Shown piece by piece: positions 1 to 14,100 of a stretch of DNA of 64,000 nucleotides. Both the position numbers and the translations under genes were made by a program. The stretch's first letter is position 1; every line of letters starts with the position of its first letter. Source of the DNA: Eledone cirrhosa. Its lineage: Eukaryota. A model generated the notes under the pieces. That model ran no database searches. It worked only from the letters and a program-made list of their open reading frames with translations, and was not told the DNA's origin. The stretch spans positions 194,060,001 through 194,124,000 of the forward strand of contig OZ024742.1 in NCBI GenBank assembly GCA_964016885.1, read 5' to 3'.

Positions 1-463
1 TTAATGTATAGATCCCAGTTTTTAATATATTGATCTCAATTTTTAAATGATTAACTAAACATCTAATCATATTTAAACAATGGTTAATTTCTCATATTAT
101 ATATGTATATTCCATTCATGATTATTAACATTTCTAATTTTATTTATTCATTTCATCTCAATCGTTAAGTTAACTCAACAAGATATGACTTAGAGGTTTT
201 CGTTCTCTCCCCTTCTCTCTGTCTCCTCTCTCTCTATATATATTTCTCTCTCTGTTGTTTTGGTCTCTCTCTCTCTCTCATTTTCTCTCTCTCCTTCTTT
301 ATCTTTTTCTTTCTCTGCAACCCAACGGCTTATTTTAAAAATAAAAATATCCAATACTAATAATAATATAATTAAACAAGTCCACTATCCGGGAGCTTCC
401 AACAGTAATAGTTGCATTTTTTAAGGGTATGTCAATATTTATTTATAAAACTGATCTATTTTA

Positions 464-529
464 TATTTTATCTGACGAAAGTACACCATAATTTTACTTG
501 GTGTCCTTGAAATATTATATAATGAAATA
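464..529 (+). ncRNA. Type I hammerhead ribozyme in a PLE-type 3' end
   Basis: tattttat-CTGACGA-aag(t)acacca/tggtgt(c)ctt-GAAA-tattata-TA-atgaaata; second copy at 18465-18529; followed by AATAAA and (TA)n. Confidence 0.7.
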
Positions 530-676
530 AATATGGTTTTATAAATATAGTTTCCATTTGTTAATATCGTATATATATATATATATTTTATAGAGGGAGC
601 TTCCAAAAAATTTTACTCTGCCATGTATTGAGTACCTTACTTACTGTGGTTATCCCCGACTCAACCCGGGACCTAC

Positions 677-715
<39 letters not shown>

Positions 716-1578
716 CGCGCGTTGGTGTGTGTGTATTCGTATGTGCATGTGTGTCTATATTAATATAGACCTATACGTGTACACATGTATACGAATTTTA
801 ACCAATTATCACTTTTATAATTAATTATTTATTACCTTCTATTATAATTATGAGTATGCCCTTTCCGTAATCTGAAACTTCTCATAAACCTTTTACTATC
901 TTTTATCCATTTACATTTATATATACCATACTTTTCTTCGTTTTGGAGTCCTTGTGATCTGCAGTCTTTACAACATTGTACATTACGAATCATTATAGGC
1001 TTTAGCAGATTCACTGCCACGCTACACCAGTCTTTGGCCGGGGACCAGCACTAGTATCGCAGGTTGCTTGGTGACGTCAGACCTTATTAAAGACACAAAG
1101 AAATGGTTTTGTGTTGGTGGTGTACGACAAGCTGCGACTGAGAGTATTTAATATCAGTCTACTGCAGGAATGTCTCTCACGGACACTCCGCCTTCCGTGG
1201 TGGCGCCTACAAACTCACAATGCATAGTGTTCTCGAGTGTGGGATATAGGGGACACATGTACAGCGATCGGTTCGATTGACCGACCCGCCCCCCCGTGTC
1301 AATTCTCTATTTATATATTGCTTTAACCTAGAATTTTTTACTAAATCTTTTTTGGTTCTCATACCTAATGCCGTCGCCGAGTGTCTTGCTTCAGGTGATG
1401 TGGTAATCCACGAGTCATGGAAATCATATTGTATTTTTACGTAACATTAAATAAATGCAATGGATCCAGCCTATAATGGATGCTACTCACTACGTTGTGT
1501 TTTTAATCATGGCAACTGGTAATGGGAATGATCTGCTAATGGAAGTGACAAGATCTACACAGTATTTAAAACATCGAC

Positions 1579-1634
<56 letters not shown>

Positions 1635-1710
1635 CCGGGTTGAATCGGAGGTAACCACAGTAAGTAAGGTACTCAATACATAGCAGAGTATAAATATTTT
1701 AATATAGAAG

Positions 1711-1761
1711 AGCTTCTAGAGGACTAGAACTGTTTCAATCGTGAGAAATCATCAGGAAGCT
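1711..1761 (-). ncRNA. Type I hammerhead ribozyme (left arm of head-to-head pair)
   Basis: Reverse strand: agcttc-CTGATGA-tttctcacgatt-GAAA-cag..ctc-TA-gaagct; same family as 45385-45429. Confidence 0.7.
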
Positions 1762-1805
1762 GAGGAATTCTCATGAATGAAACAGTTCTAGTCCTGTAGA
1801 AGCTC
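1760..1805 (+). ncRNA. Hammerhead ribozyme (right arm; 5' strand of helix I lost at the inversion junction)
   Basis: CTGAGGA-attc tcat gaat-GAAA-cag ttctagtc ctg-TA-gaagctc. Confidence 0.7.
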
Positions 1806-1806
1806 T

Positions 1807-1837
<31 letters not shown>

Positions 1838-1932
1838 GTAGAACACTGGAAGATAATATCCGTAGTGGTAGAGCACTCAGTCCATGGGACGAGTCAAGTA
1901 GAAGTGGTTACTCAACAGTTAGTTCACCATAC

Positions 1933-1970
1933 CGAGAACAATTGTTTCACCTTAGCGGATCCTCAGCTAC
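1933..1970 (-). ncRNA. Minimal hammerhead ribozyme, palindromic helix III
   Basis: Reverse strand: ag-CTGAGGA-tcc gctaa ggt-GAAA-CAATTG-TT-ct; helix I weak. Confidence 0.55.
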
Positions 1971-2067
1971 CTGCGGTAGGCCATCGAGCACTCGATGCTC
2001 TTACAGAGCAGAGTATAATATCACATAAGAAACGGAGAATCAGCGGTACGACGAATTAAAATTTATT

Positions 2068-2164
2068 AGACATATTACAATCGTTTCTCTGACGACCAGC
2101 TCGAGGTACTATAGATGCGATGATCGAACCTGACTCTCAAATCGCAAGATCCTCAGATACGTCT
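2068..2164 (-). ncRNA. Hammerhead ribozyme, left arm of inverted repeat 2018-2330
   Basis: Reverse strand: agacgtat-CTGAGGA-tct...aga-GAAA-CGATTG-TA-atatgtct (8-bp helix I). Confidence 0.75.
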
Positions 2165-2185
2165 GGAAACGGCTTCGAAAGATTG

Positions 2186-2282
2186 AGACGTATCTGAGGA
2201 TCTTGCGATTTCATTGTCAGGTTCGATCATCGCATCGATCTTGCCTCGAGCTGGTCGTCAGAGAAACGATTGTAATATGTCT
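2186..2282 (+). ncRNA. Hammerhead ribozyme, right arm of inverted repeat 2018-2330
   Basis: agacgtat-CTGAGGA-tct...aga-GAAA-CGATTG-TA-atatgtct. Confidence 0.75.
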
Positions 2283-2326
2283 AATACATTTGAATTCGTC
2301 GCACCGCTGATTCTCCGTTTCTTATG

Positions 2327-2371
<45 letters not shown>

Positions 2372-2508
2372 TGTGTGTGTAGAAATAAACACAGTAAATT
2401 CCGTGTCTAAAATTATGAGGGTTGAGAATGCCACAAATGTTTTATATATTTAACCTGAAACATACAGTAGGATATAATTCTGTAAGCCATTTCATCAATA
2501 GCCATTTC

Positions 2509-2597
2509 ATCTCTCCGACAGATTAGAGATTTAACCTGTTTCGTCCTGAAAATTGTGTTTGTAACAGATAATCCGTAGGCTTTCCTCAGCTAGAGAT
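2509..2597 (-). ncRNA. Hammerhead ribozyme with 7-bp helix III (partly decayed)
   Basis: Reverse strand: atctctag-CTGAGGA...GAAA-caggtta aatctc taatctg-TC-ggagagat. Confidence 0.55.
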
Positions 2598-2828
2598 TAG
2601 ATCAAATGAAATAAAACACATCTAACAGCAACTCAAGGAGTAAATAATACACCTCGTGGGTTGCACGCTATACGTGTTATGAGTGGTTATGCTAGAAATA
2701 ATAGCCTTATTTCACTCAACTTATAACCTCACCTAGTTAGGGAGCCGAAATACAAATAAAACACAGAGTTATTAACTCATGTTAATTGCAGGGTATCAAT
2801 ATGAGTTAATAACTCTGTATTTTATTTG

Positions 2829-2897
<69 letters not shown>

Positions 2898-3461
2898 GAT
2901 CGAGTATCGAAAAATCGGCGCACGAGTTCACGATAAACAATATTCGAAATGAGCGGCAGAGGGCTTTATAATTCAGATGAATCAGAGCTATAACTATCGT
3001 TAAAATACCGTCACACATAGAACAAGTCTACAATCAACCATACGATAAAAAATCGATAATAGAAGATTCGGGACAAACAGATAAAAAATATCAATAAAAC
3101 AATACATCAATAATTTAAATGAATGTAAAATCATACCCGGACCCACTAAAAAGGTGTTAAATCTAGCTTCTTGGGTTTCTGTAAATCCTTAGACTGTACT
3201 CTATCAGCACACATATAAATATATAAGACTACTAGAGCAAGAGGAATGGAGTTTACTTCATCAACGAGCTTTTTCCTGGCGGATAAGGGGCTAACCACAA
3301 GCGAAATACGCACATGGCATTCGACAAGGGAGATAACCTCTACATCCGCGAAAACTATTCGAGGAAATGTGGAAATACACATATCGAATAAGAGTGCTCA
3401 ATAGACATGTTAAAATAAAACAAAAGCTATTCATCAATATATATATATTAATAGTAATAAT

Positions 3462-3577
3462 AATTGTTTCTACTTTAGGCACAAGGCCAGCAATTACCCA
3501 GTGCATTACTGGTACTTTATTTTATCGACCCCGTAAGGATGAAAGGCAAAGTCAACCTCGGCGGGATTTGAACTCAG
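3462..3577 (-). mobile_element. tRNA-derived SINE fragment (Nin-domain-like)
   Basis: Reverse complement of gagttcaaatcccgccgaggttgactttgcctttcatccttacggggtcgataaaataaagtaccag; same family at 31257, 44527 and 60320. Confidence 0.8.
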
Positions 3578-3829
3578 ATCGTTGGTTTCTAATAAGAGTA
3601 ATAATAATAATAATAGTAATAATAATAGATATATATCGAAGTTGTAACTATGTTGACACCAATCGAATTGTTTGAGGCAGTCAAAAAGCACTCAATCGTG
3701 AAAACATTTAATATATTCACGTGCAAATTAAATACATTAAGAAAACGTGACACCAAGAAAAGTGATCAAATGCATATGGATGTGCCACAGCTATAATAAA
3801 TACACACTTGTAGATATATATATATATAT

Positions 3830-4740
3830 ACAACTGAATATATGATAGGGATAAACACTGATACAATTATACATGTGTTTGCATTGCAAATGACCAAGTT
3901 AGCTAGATTGAAAAATGCTAATTAAAATAATACGGTTTACCTGTTTCGATTTAAAATAATAAATCAATAAAAACAAAAACAAACCTATATTGGCAATAGC
4001 GTAATACCTGGACAATTTTTAAATTTTAAATTTTATAATTTTAAATTTGTTTCGCAACAATTAAGTGAAATTTCCTATTCCTGTGCTCTTCTGCAGGTAT
4101 CCAGAAATTGGTAAGTTTCACTTCAAAATACTTAAGAAGACTGAGAGAAATGTGTTGTTGAAAGCACACGTGTCGCAGTGTCTAGCACGTCCTATACTCG
4201 TGTCGCTAAAAATAGCAACCGGTTTTATGGGACTAAAAATTAGCTCAACGCATGGAGCCGAGAATATTATATATAGAGTTATAAACTCAAATAGTCTTTT
4301 ACAATTAAATAGCTCAAAGAAAGGAATATTTCTGAGCCGTGTAATACAAATGAATATATGATAGGGATAAACACTGATACAAGTATACATGTGTTTGCAT
4401 TGCAAATGACCAAGTTAGATAGATTGAAAAATACTAATTAAAATAATACGGTTTGCCTGCCTCGATTTAAAATAATAAATCAATAAAAACAAAAACAAAC
4501 CTATATTGGCAATAGCCGCGATACCTGGACAAATTTTAAATTTTAAATTTTAGATTTGTTTCGTATTATTTTAATTAGTATTTTTCAATCTAGCTAACTT
4601 GGTCATTTGCAATGCAAACACATGTATACTTGTATCAGTGTTTATCCCTATCATATATTCATTTCTATTACACGGCTCAGAAATATTCCTTTCTTTGAGC
4701 TATTTAATTGTAAAAGACTATTTGAGTTTATAACTATATA
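3830..4740 (-). mobile_element. Non-coding tandem ~516-bp HHR-bearing repeat with terminal inversion (retrozyme/pLTR-like)
   Basis: Direct repeat (3844 vs 4360), inverted segment ~4563-4740, (TA)n on both sides, HHR at 4004-4100. Confidence 0.65.
4004..4100 (-). ncRNA. Hammerhead ribozyme with U4 mutated and long AT-rich helix III
   Basis: Reverse strand: atacctg-CAGAAGA-gca...tgc-GAAA-caaattt...aaattg-TC-caggtat. Confidence 0.6.
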
Positions 4741-5229
4741 TATATATATATATTTAATTATATATATATATATCCCTTTCATTTACGAATGTTTATGTGA
4801 TACTTAGTTTCTTTCTTTATTTATTATTTTAATAGTGTCACTCATTGAAGTGCGTTCATGATGAGATGCTGCCTTCAAGCATTTACTTGATCCAATCAAC
4901 TCCAGTATTTATTATTTCTTTTAATCTGTTTCGATTTCATCAATCTCGATTTCTTGAACCCCTAATTTACGTGATTTAAAGAAACACCGCCGAGTGTTGG
5001 TATAGATACAGACAAATCGACACACACATACCCCCCCCCCCCACACACACACACATACACATACACACGCACGTGCGTATTGGCGTGTATATGAATTATA
5101 AAATGCGATAAATATATTCACTATAGATTAAATAAATTAACATTTATTCATTACTAGTTTAATGGATAAGTTCAAGAATATCCCTGCAATGTTCGCGAGT
5201 GGTGGATGGCAGGAGGTTGAATTAAGTAC

Positions 5230-7640
5230 AAAAACTGCAGGAGCTGGTGTTGTAATGCACTAGGTTCAGCATTCGGTTACTGTGCTGGATCCTATTCCAT
5301 CAAGCTAACACCGTCCAATTGTGAGCCTAATCAATGCAGCTATAGTTCCAACCATTGTGCCTTTTAAAAGGTGCTTCAACTACAAGAAAGCAGCCTGGAA
5401 AGATTTCACCAAAGAGCTAGAAGATAAGATTAAACATATACAACCAACAAGCAATAGCTACAACATCGTTGCTAACTTGATGTTGAAAACTGGTCGAAAA
5501 CATGTCTTTCGAGGTTGTAGAGTTGAATATATATCTGGAATTTCAAAAGAAAGTACAGGACTCTATGCCAACTATATCAGCATGATTGAAGCAGACCCAT
5601 TCTAAGAAGAATCAACTGCCCAAGGCGAGAAAGTGATGGAAAACGTTGCCCAAGAGCGAAGCAAACTTGGAATGCCCTTATTGAGGCTATGGGCATCTAA
5701 AAAAACAAACAAAAGTAAACATGGACATTTATTCACAAGCGACGTGGTGATCCTAAAGAAGCCACAGAGCGCCCAAAAGTCACTGCCAACCAAGTTGCCA
5801 ATTGCTAGAGAATGGAAAGTGTGTAAAGAGGGGGAAGAAGGTCAAACTAAACCGCAAGAAATACACTGCGGAGCCTGCTTTTGCAAGACCGTTGACAATA
5901 GAAGAGCTTGAAGTAGGAATCTCTACTCTCAAACTAGGAAAGGCAAGTAGACTGGATAACATCGCAATCGAACAGATCAAGCACTTCGGTCGCAAGTCAA
6001 AGATGTGGCTTCTACAGCTCCACAATCAGTGCTTAACAACATACAAGTTCCCCAATATCTGGAAGAAAGCTTACATGATAGAACTGATGTAACCTAGGAA
6101 AGATCCATCCTTTTCTAAGAACGTCAGACGGATCTAACTGTTGAGAGACACCTACAAGGCCTCGGATCGCCTGCTCCTCAACAGAATTGGCCCCTTTGTG
6201 GGTGAACACATCATTCCTGAACAAGAAGTGCACTGTCAAGTCGACAATTAGCCAGGTACTCAACCTCACCCAGTAGATCGAGGAGGGCTATGAGGAACGG
6301 ATGCTGACTGGGGTGGTGTTTGTCGACCTCTCCGCCGCCTATGACACAGTAGACACAGATGTCTCTTTACCATATCATGCAGACCACAAGTGACACCTGT
6401 CTGACGGAGTTAATTAAAAGCATGCATGAAAACAGGCACTTTTGTTTGAACTAGAAGGGGAAAAAAGCAAATGGTGAAGAGTCAAGAATGGCCCCCCACA
6501 TGGAAATGTGCTTGCACCACTTCTCTTCAACATCTACACCAACGACCAACAAAAAGGTGCAGACACCCGCCACTTCATCTATGCTGACAATCGTGGCATA
6601 GATTCACAAGGCACTGATTTCAAAGTGTGGAAAACTCTCCAATGCTCTGGAATAGCAAACACCTTATTATGAGCAGAACTAAAATCCATCAAAGACGCAT
6701 TTGTGTGCCTTCCACCTTTGAAACCGGGAAGCCATGCACCAACTGAAGGTTAACTGGTCAGGGAATCCCGTTTCAACACAATGAGCACGCAGTCTATATA
6801 GATGTAACCCTGGAAAGATGTCTCTCTTTTAAGAGAAGACCAAGGGCAAAATGAATACGAGAACCAACATCATCAGCAAAATCACTGGCACACCCAGGGG
6901 AGCAAACCCACAGACTCTGAAGTCAACTGCTAATCAGCTGCCGAGTATACATGTTCAGTGTGGTAGCGAGCTATCTATGTCCAGAAGCTAAATCCCGCCC
7001 TCAATGCTACCTGCCATCTCATCACAGGCTGCCTGAAATCTACACCTCCGGACTGTCTGCATATCCTGGCAGACATAGCCCCACCAGAAATACGACGAAT
7101 TCGAGCAAGCAAGAAGAAAGCGCGTCAACATCAGACTACAGATAAAAAATATCCTCTCTTCGGCCATGTGCCAGCCAAATGAAAACCAGGAAAATGTCCT
7201 AAAAAGCGTCACGCCCCTTGCAAATTAAAGCATAAGTAGTAAAAGAGTCACTCGCTGGGAAGAAAAATTTAACCACTTATCAGTAACAACAATGGAACTA
7301 AAGGCGAGTGAGGCACTATCCCCCACACCACCCACCCACCCACCAGCACTATGGGATCAGATTCAAGTTATGCAGTGTGGAAATGCCTCAACAGATTAAC
7401 ATCTGGTGTTGGATGTGCAAAAGTCAATCTTGCAAAATGGGGATAATGTAAAGGATGGGGACATTGGGTGTGACTGGCATTGAAACAGCGACTACGCAGC
7501 ACCTCCTGATATGCCCCCTGCTGGAAGACCCCTGCACAGCATTGGACTTGGCAGAGTTTAAAGAAAAAGGACAGCAATGTGTCCAGCTGTGGCGGAACCA
7601 CATCTAGCCAAGCTTGTAACCAACACTCTCCTGGACACTA
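5230..7640 (+). mobile_element. Decayed non-LTR retrotransposon, I group (Ingi/Vingi-like) RT
   Basis: Frameshifted motifs: FNYKKAAWKDF, LKLGKASRLDNI, TGVVFVDLSAAYDTV, LAPLLFNIYTND, FIYADN, C-terminal WKCLNRL..GVG..K.NLAKWG. Confidence 0.8.
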
Positions 7641-7866
7641 TAACAAGAAACATTCGTTAATCAGAAGAAAAGAGGTATGTGTAAAAGCTAAATGCCGTAT
7701 CTTCAATTCGGTATTTGGGCCAACTTTTAGACCCCGAGGAAGATGGTTGGATAACTTCTATCAGCTCGGTTGATCTCTCTTTGGGATCTAGCCATATCAG
7801 TTAGAGAAGGTTGCTTCTGACAGGACTTACTGAATGGTGTGTATCAGGACTTTGCCCCCACGACCC

Positions 7867-7918
<52 letters not shown>

Positions 7919-8059
7919 CTTAGGTTAATAGGATTTAGGTATTGTATACCCGTGTCCCATTAAAGTATTGGCAGTATAATAATTAGCTCAATGCTTTGGA
8001 GCAGAGCCGTATATATGATAAAGAACACAAGAGCGTCTACAACATCAAACATTTTTTAT

Positions 8060-8108
8060 TGGCTTACAATGTTTCTTCCTTACGTAACAGTAGTATTCTT
8101 CAGAGTTA
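8060..8108 (-). ncRNA. Decayed hammerhead-like motif followed by AATAAA
   Basis: Reverse strand: ct-CTGAAGA-...-GAAA-cattg-TA-ag; helices I and II imperfect. Confidence 0.4.
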
Positions 8109-10742
8109 TAAAAGGGGTTTGATTGGTGTTATGGGCTCTACCAACCAAACATTCAAGAACAAAGAGTAAAGAGAGTAAAGAGCAAAAGCAGGGGACAATA
8201 AGTCTAATTTAGGTGCGGGAGGGTGGGGTGTGGGTTCTTGTTTACTAGCTGTGGTCATATTCATTCCCGGGAGTCGAGTGGTTAGTGGAGCCATAGATGG
8301 GGTGGCATTGATAGTAGGGTGCAGAGGGTGTGCAGAGGCTACACACACAGAAAGGGCATATAATATATATATAACGGAGGAGAAAGTACATGAGGTAATT
8401 AGAAATGGAATAAGAATAATAATAATGTATAGTTAATAATGTATAATAAGGCATAGGGAAGATTACACTATAATAAGATATAAAAGTAAGAATAAAATAA
8501 AATATAAGGAGGTTAAAATGAAAATAAAAATAAAAATAGAAAAATATATAAAAACTATATAGAGAATATATAAAAAATATAAGCAACTATGAGAAAGGGA
8601 AAATCACAATGTAAAAAAAAAATGTAAAAAAACAGATTTTGTTAAATAAAAATATTATAAATATGGGGGGAGAAAACGGGAGACAGAAATATAATCATAA
8701 TGCGATTAGTTGAGAGAATATAAGATGATAATAAGTGTGTCAAGTTTATACATCTTAATAATAAATAATATGTATACTAGAGTTACACATCTTTCAATGC
8801 ACCTACAAGTCCAACCCATAGGGCATAGTCCATCGCTCATCCGTGCGGTCGCGTGCGTTTGCGCTCGACCTCAGAACCGTTCCACAAGTTCGTATATTTC
8901 AATGCAAATAGAATTCTATTTGTGCTTACCCGGTCATTGACGGAGCATCCAAAATTCCTAGTTCGTTGCTGTCCCAATATGTGTGTAGTGTTATTTTGGT
9001 CGCATAAATCAGTCACTTGGTTCTATATTAAGGAGTATGGTTTTCTGGTCTTCGATACACTATCGGTGGTTGTATTTCACAATGATCATACTACTCCGGT
9101 TTTGTTTGATTATCGGTAATCCAACTATGTTGTCGGTGGTTGGATTCAAATCTATTGCCCAGAACGTAGAACTTTGGTGTTGATTGAAGATTAACGAGGC
9201 AGAGTGAAATCGCATCTGTGGTAAATAACGATACGCAAGGAAATTCTCGTCTTCGTTTCATCCGGGTCTAGCAGTCACGTGCAATAACTGCTATGTAGAA
9301 ACTGTGAGGGCAAGGGGTCGAGATAGCAACTGACCGAAAATTCTCCTGGGAATTCGATCAGGCATGACAGGTACATTTAGGTCACCAGTTTCTTCGTGTA
9401 TACCTATGTCCGATACACACAGACACATATTTATATGTATTTCAACGCGAAAAAAATTTCAGCTGATGCCCTTATTGATTTTATATCTGATATTCCTAGA
9501 TCTCTGTTGTCCCGATGTCCATGTTGTGATGTTTAGGTCGTGTTTACCAGTCACTGTGTTTTGCCATGAACTTGGAGTGTGATGTTTTGGTCATCAATAT
9601 TCCGGCAACTGCATTCTCCTCTTATATATTGTGGAAAGTGGTGTTCTGGTCTTCAGTATACATTTGGGTGAGCAGGAGGGGAGGTGGTTCTCAGTTTCCA
9701 CTGCGACAATACATATATGTTACTTTACATATCGTGCTCCTCTCAAGGAGGAGTAGTATAGGAGGAATTCATGCCAAACACCACATATAGAGAAGACTTC
9801 TACAGAAAAAATTCTCTCTCCGAGAGTTCCCTCCAAATGACCTTTCGGCGACACAGCGAAATACATAATATATAATATATAGTGTGTTATTACATGAGTG
9901 GATGTTCACTTGTATCATACAAGAAAGGCAATAGGGAATAGGGAGGAAGAAGCCCTGCTTTTATGGTGGAGGTTGGGGAGAACAAGTATATGAATGCACA
10001 CCCGCAGACGTTCCCGCATCTGTCTAAGTGTACACATGGACAGCGACACACACGCAAACACCCATATATGTATATATTCATGCACACACACACGCACACG
10101 CACACACACGCACAGATGATAGAGGCCGGGGTGTATTGCTATATATGGCCATGCGCGCAGACATACACACACTCATACACACCCATATATGTACGCATGC
10201 ATACACACACACACGCACCAGAAGTTGGGGTGCACTAGAACATGGGTAGATATTCCCCATATGTATGAGTGCACACATGCATGTACACACACATGTATTC
10301 ACGCACACACACACACATACGAGCCCACATTCACCTACACCCAGACATATAGATCACTATCCCACGACACGCATGCATATACACAGTCACGTGGGGGTGA
10401 GCGAGATCTAAGATATACGGAACCTGAGGGTTTAATATAGCGATAGAGGTTTACCTACAAGATATAAGGCATATGACATTGGATCCACAGAATGTGATCA
10501 TGCCGCGGTACTGGCCAGTGCACACATATGCGCACATACATGCGCCTCCTCGTTCCCCGACAGACCAACGCACACACACACAGGCCCACACACATGCACA
10601 CACCTATATTCGATGACATGCACCCACATAGGCGTATTTATGGGGGATCTATAGAGAAATAAATAAATGAATGAGTCGCAAGGGAGCCTGCAGTATCACG
10701 GGGCGGACGTGCAGCGCAACCCAAGATTAATCAATTTCTAGT

Positions 10743-10817
<75 letters not shown>

Positions 10818-10962
10818 GAGGTGGCTCTGCGTGTGTGAGGTTGAGGGATTATCTTCGCAACATCGTGGTTGGGGATTCAATCTCACTTCGTGCCATATTT
10901 CACATGTGACTTTTACGACTCGCACACACATTGGTTTGTGTGTGTGTTTATTTATATATATA

Positions 10963-11165
10963 TCAAAGAGGGTCTGGTAAGATATCAGGTGGACCATAAC
11001 GCACCTGAGTACTCAATACTTAGGGCAGTAGAGTGGGTAATATGTAAAGAGTCAGGATCACAACGGCTGAGCTCTGGCCGTATCGACAGCTAGATACAAA
11101 CTCTAGTGTACCGATCTAGCTGCCGGAATGGCCGGAGCTCAGCCGTCGGGGTCCTGACTCTTTCA
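10963..11165 (-). mobile_element. ~200-bp fold-back element carrying the 3' half of an HHR (diverged copy)
   Basis: Shares ggaccataacgcacc..gtactcaatacttaggg..agagtgggtaa with copies at 27291, 48168 and 58303; internal inverted repeat; in (TA)n. Confidence 0.7.
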
Positions 11166-11177
11166 TATATATATATA

Positions 11178-14100
11178 TGGGATAACAAGTTATCGTTATA
11201 GGTAATCCAGTAAGGGGTTGTGAGTACTCTGTGTCGTGGATAGTTTTAACTTACGCCGTTTTTGACTCAACAAGATGCTTCCATAGTTAGTCAGTGATTT
11301 CGCGAGAATTCCTATGCAGGTTATACTTGGAGTAATAATAGTGAAAGATTGAAGAGTAATATTGTAAGCTGTACAACAAGGGGCGTTATTTCAGGTATTA
11401 ACAATTGTTTCATTGATCAGGTGAGACTAGAGGCCGCTAATCGCTCGAAGTTGCATCACTCGATCTCCAATACATTATTTACCTCTGATCAAATCCTCAG
11501 AATACAAATAATTCATACATGGCATGGTATATATATATAGAAAAATAGGGTATAATAACAGCAATAATAAAATACAATGATAATAACGTAAAGAAGTTAC
11601 AGATGTAATAAATAAAAGTAAGAAAAAAGATACAATAAAAAGGGTAAGAAAATAAAAAAAATTATAAAAAATTATAAAGAAATAAAGATAACTGAGAGAC
11701 TATAATTACAGAATATGATTGTTGATAATAGTGGTGGTGGTGAGTAAGTGTCTGTATAAGGATGCTGGGGTGGATGTAGCGCTAACATGAAACGCCATAT
11801 TCGAAACATACATAGATACGTGTAGAGAATCTGAGGTAGTAACAAATGACAGATGAAAGAAAAAGCAATAAATTAGAAATTACGTAGGAGATACTAGTAT
11901 GAGACCCAGGGGTTAGGATGGGTGGTGAAGGGGGGTGTTTGATATGTGTGTGTGGTAAATGTTTCGCTGGTTGTCTTGTCTTAATGTGGTTGGTGTGGTT
12001 TCAGGGAGCGAGTGTGAAAGAGATGTTAAGAGATTTAGGATCTAGTGACCAGTCAGTTATTTGACAGCTAATAGTGGTGTGATGGTATGTATTCCGTACG
12101 TCAAAATGCAGGTGGTTCAGTTCTAATTTTGGAATTGCTGGGTCGAATCAGGGTGGTTTGAAATTTGTGAACTTATTAGCGATGTTGTGCCTACAGAAAA
12201 TGAATCTTATCGTACCTTAAAATATGTAATAGCTCCATATTGCGAAATCTGCAGTAGGACATTCCATTGTTGTAGGCCCTTGCTCCCGATAATTTTTACC
12301 AGCTAATCCTATATTCCTGGTTCGTGTTTTTAAACTGCCAGACTTTATTGGCGAGCGTTGTAGAGTTCTCCAGTCTACGGTTCTTCATGAGTATCTGTGA
12401 ACGTACCATCTTTTTTTAACTCCCTAGCCGTGGAACCTATGTAGTGCCATGTAACGTTGCCTGAATTTATAGTACACATGTACACCATACTTGAATCCAG
12501 GCATCTATTTTGTAGTGGGCACTTATCCGGTAGGTGGCAGTTACAGTTGGAGGCTTTTCTGTTTGCAGGTTCTCCGTTGCGGTTTTGCATGTTGTTATGG
12601 GTGGGTTGATATTTAGACCTATTAATGTTTTGTTGTGATGCGCCCTGATGTGTGTGTGGTTGTGATGTTGTTATGTGTTTGCGTTTCGTATTTGGTGCTA
12701 TGGTGTATGTTGGTAGGTTATTTTCTTTAGATATTCTTTTGTGGTTGATTTTATGTATGTGTGATTCTATGTTGGCTGCAGTAGAGAAAGATAGTTTGAT
12801 AGTTTTTCTGTTAAAGATTCTATGGTATTTGTATAGTTTAGGGAAGTGTTTGTCAATTAATTTAAATAATGTAGAAGGTAGTTTAGTTTTTATAGAGGAG
12901 TTGAATATTGGATTGAACCATTAGTATTTCCTATCTCTGAATTTTCTATAGTTCCTAGGGATCTTTATATTAGTGTTCTGTTCAGTTATTTTGGTGCTCA
13001 TTGTCTAGTTCTGTTTTAGTCCTATGTTTGTTATTTCTATATGTAGTGTAGCTCTCGTTAGGTTTGTTGCTACTGTCTCTATCTGGTACGTATTCGAGCT
13101 CCTCTTTATGTCCTGCCTTATGTAAAGCTATGTTATAATAGTTTTCATGTTCGTTAAATATCTCTAGGCTAGAAGATAGGCGGGATATTCTGAGGGATAT
13201 ACTACTTGCTATGGAGTTAATTATGGATCGAGGGTGGTTTGAGTTATAACTAATGTATGCTAGATTCTCGTTATTTTTATGGAAGGGCACTATTAATCCT
13301 GCGTTTAGTTTGAGTGTTACATCATTAGGTTGAGTGTTACAAGAAATTTGCTTTTTTATAGTTAAGTTCGAAAGTGACACGTAGGTCTAGTTTGTTGAAG
13401 AAGACTCTGATGTTTTCCGTAATTTTTCCATGTTTTGATTATTTAAGTTTTTAGCTAAAAGGAGTGTGTCGTCTCTATAAATTCCTCCCTTGAGGTTATT
13501 AAATTCCTTATGTAAGTTGTGCGCTATATATATTCCCACTATGTCTGTTACCCGCGCTGAGTCGCAAGATCCCATTGTGATATCGAAGCTATTCTGTCTG
13601 TTTTTTTCGTTTCCAGTAACCATTTTCGAATCTAATGATGGTTCTCCTAGCAGCTAGTATTATTTTAATTTCATCAGAGGTTATGTCCGAGTTTTTCTGG
13701 GCAAAGGTTAGCGCTTTATCTATGATGACTGGGGAGATGGAGGAGTAGTAGTCATTAATGTCAAACAGTTGGATGTTTCTCTACTGTCTATTTTGATGAA
13801 CCAGTCTATTGCTTCGTTAGTGTTATCCCAAAGCTTGATTACCATTTTGTCCTTGATTTGTGCTATTACTCTATTTAGTATATACTTGCTAATTCTACCT
13901 ATGTCCGACTTCGATGGGCATATTAATCTAATTGTGGGGTTTGTTTCGAAATTACTTTTGTGATCCTTTAGGTTAAATGTCGGGTTACAAGGGGGTAGAG
14001 ATTCGATTCTATCAGATATTTTCAGTATTTTTAATATGCTAAATCCTTCCTTATTAATGCTAGTGAGTGTAGATTCTGTAGTGTTCTTGTATTTTCGTGT

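Noticed and set aside
12384-12392. TGA in the Naiad GIY-YIG region as a possible selenocysteine codon
   Set aside because: It falls at a frameshift, not at a conserved Cys; homology continues in another frame
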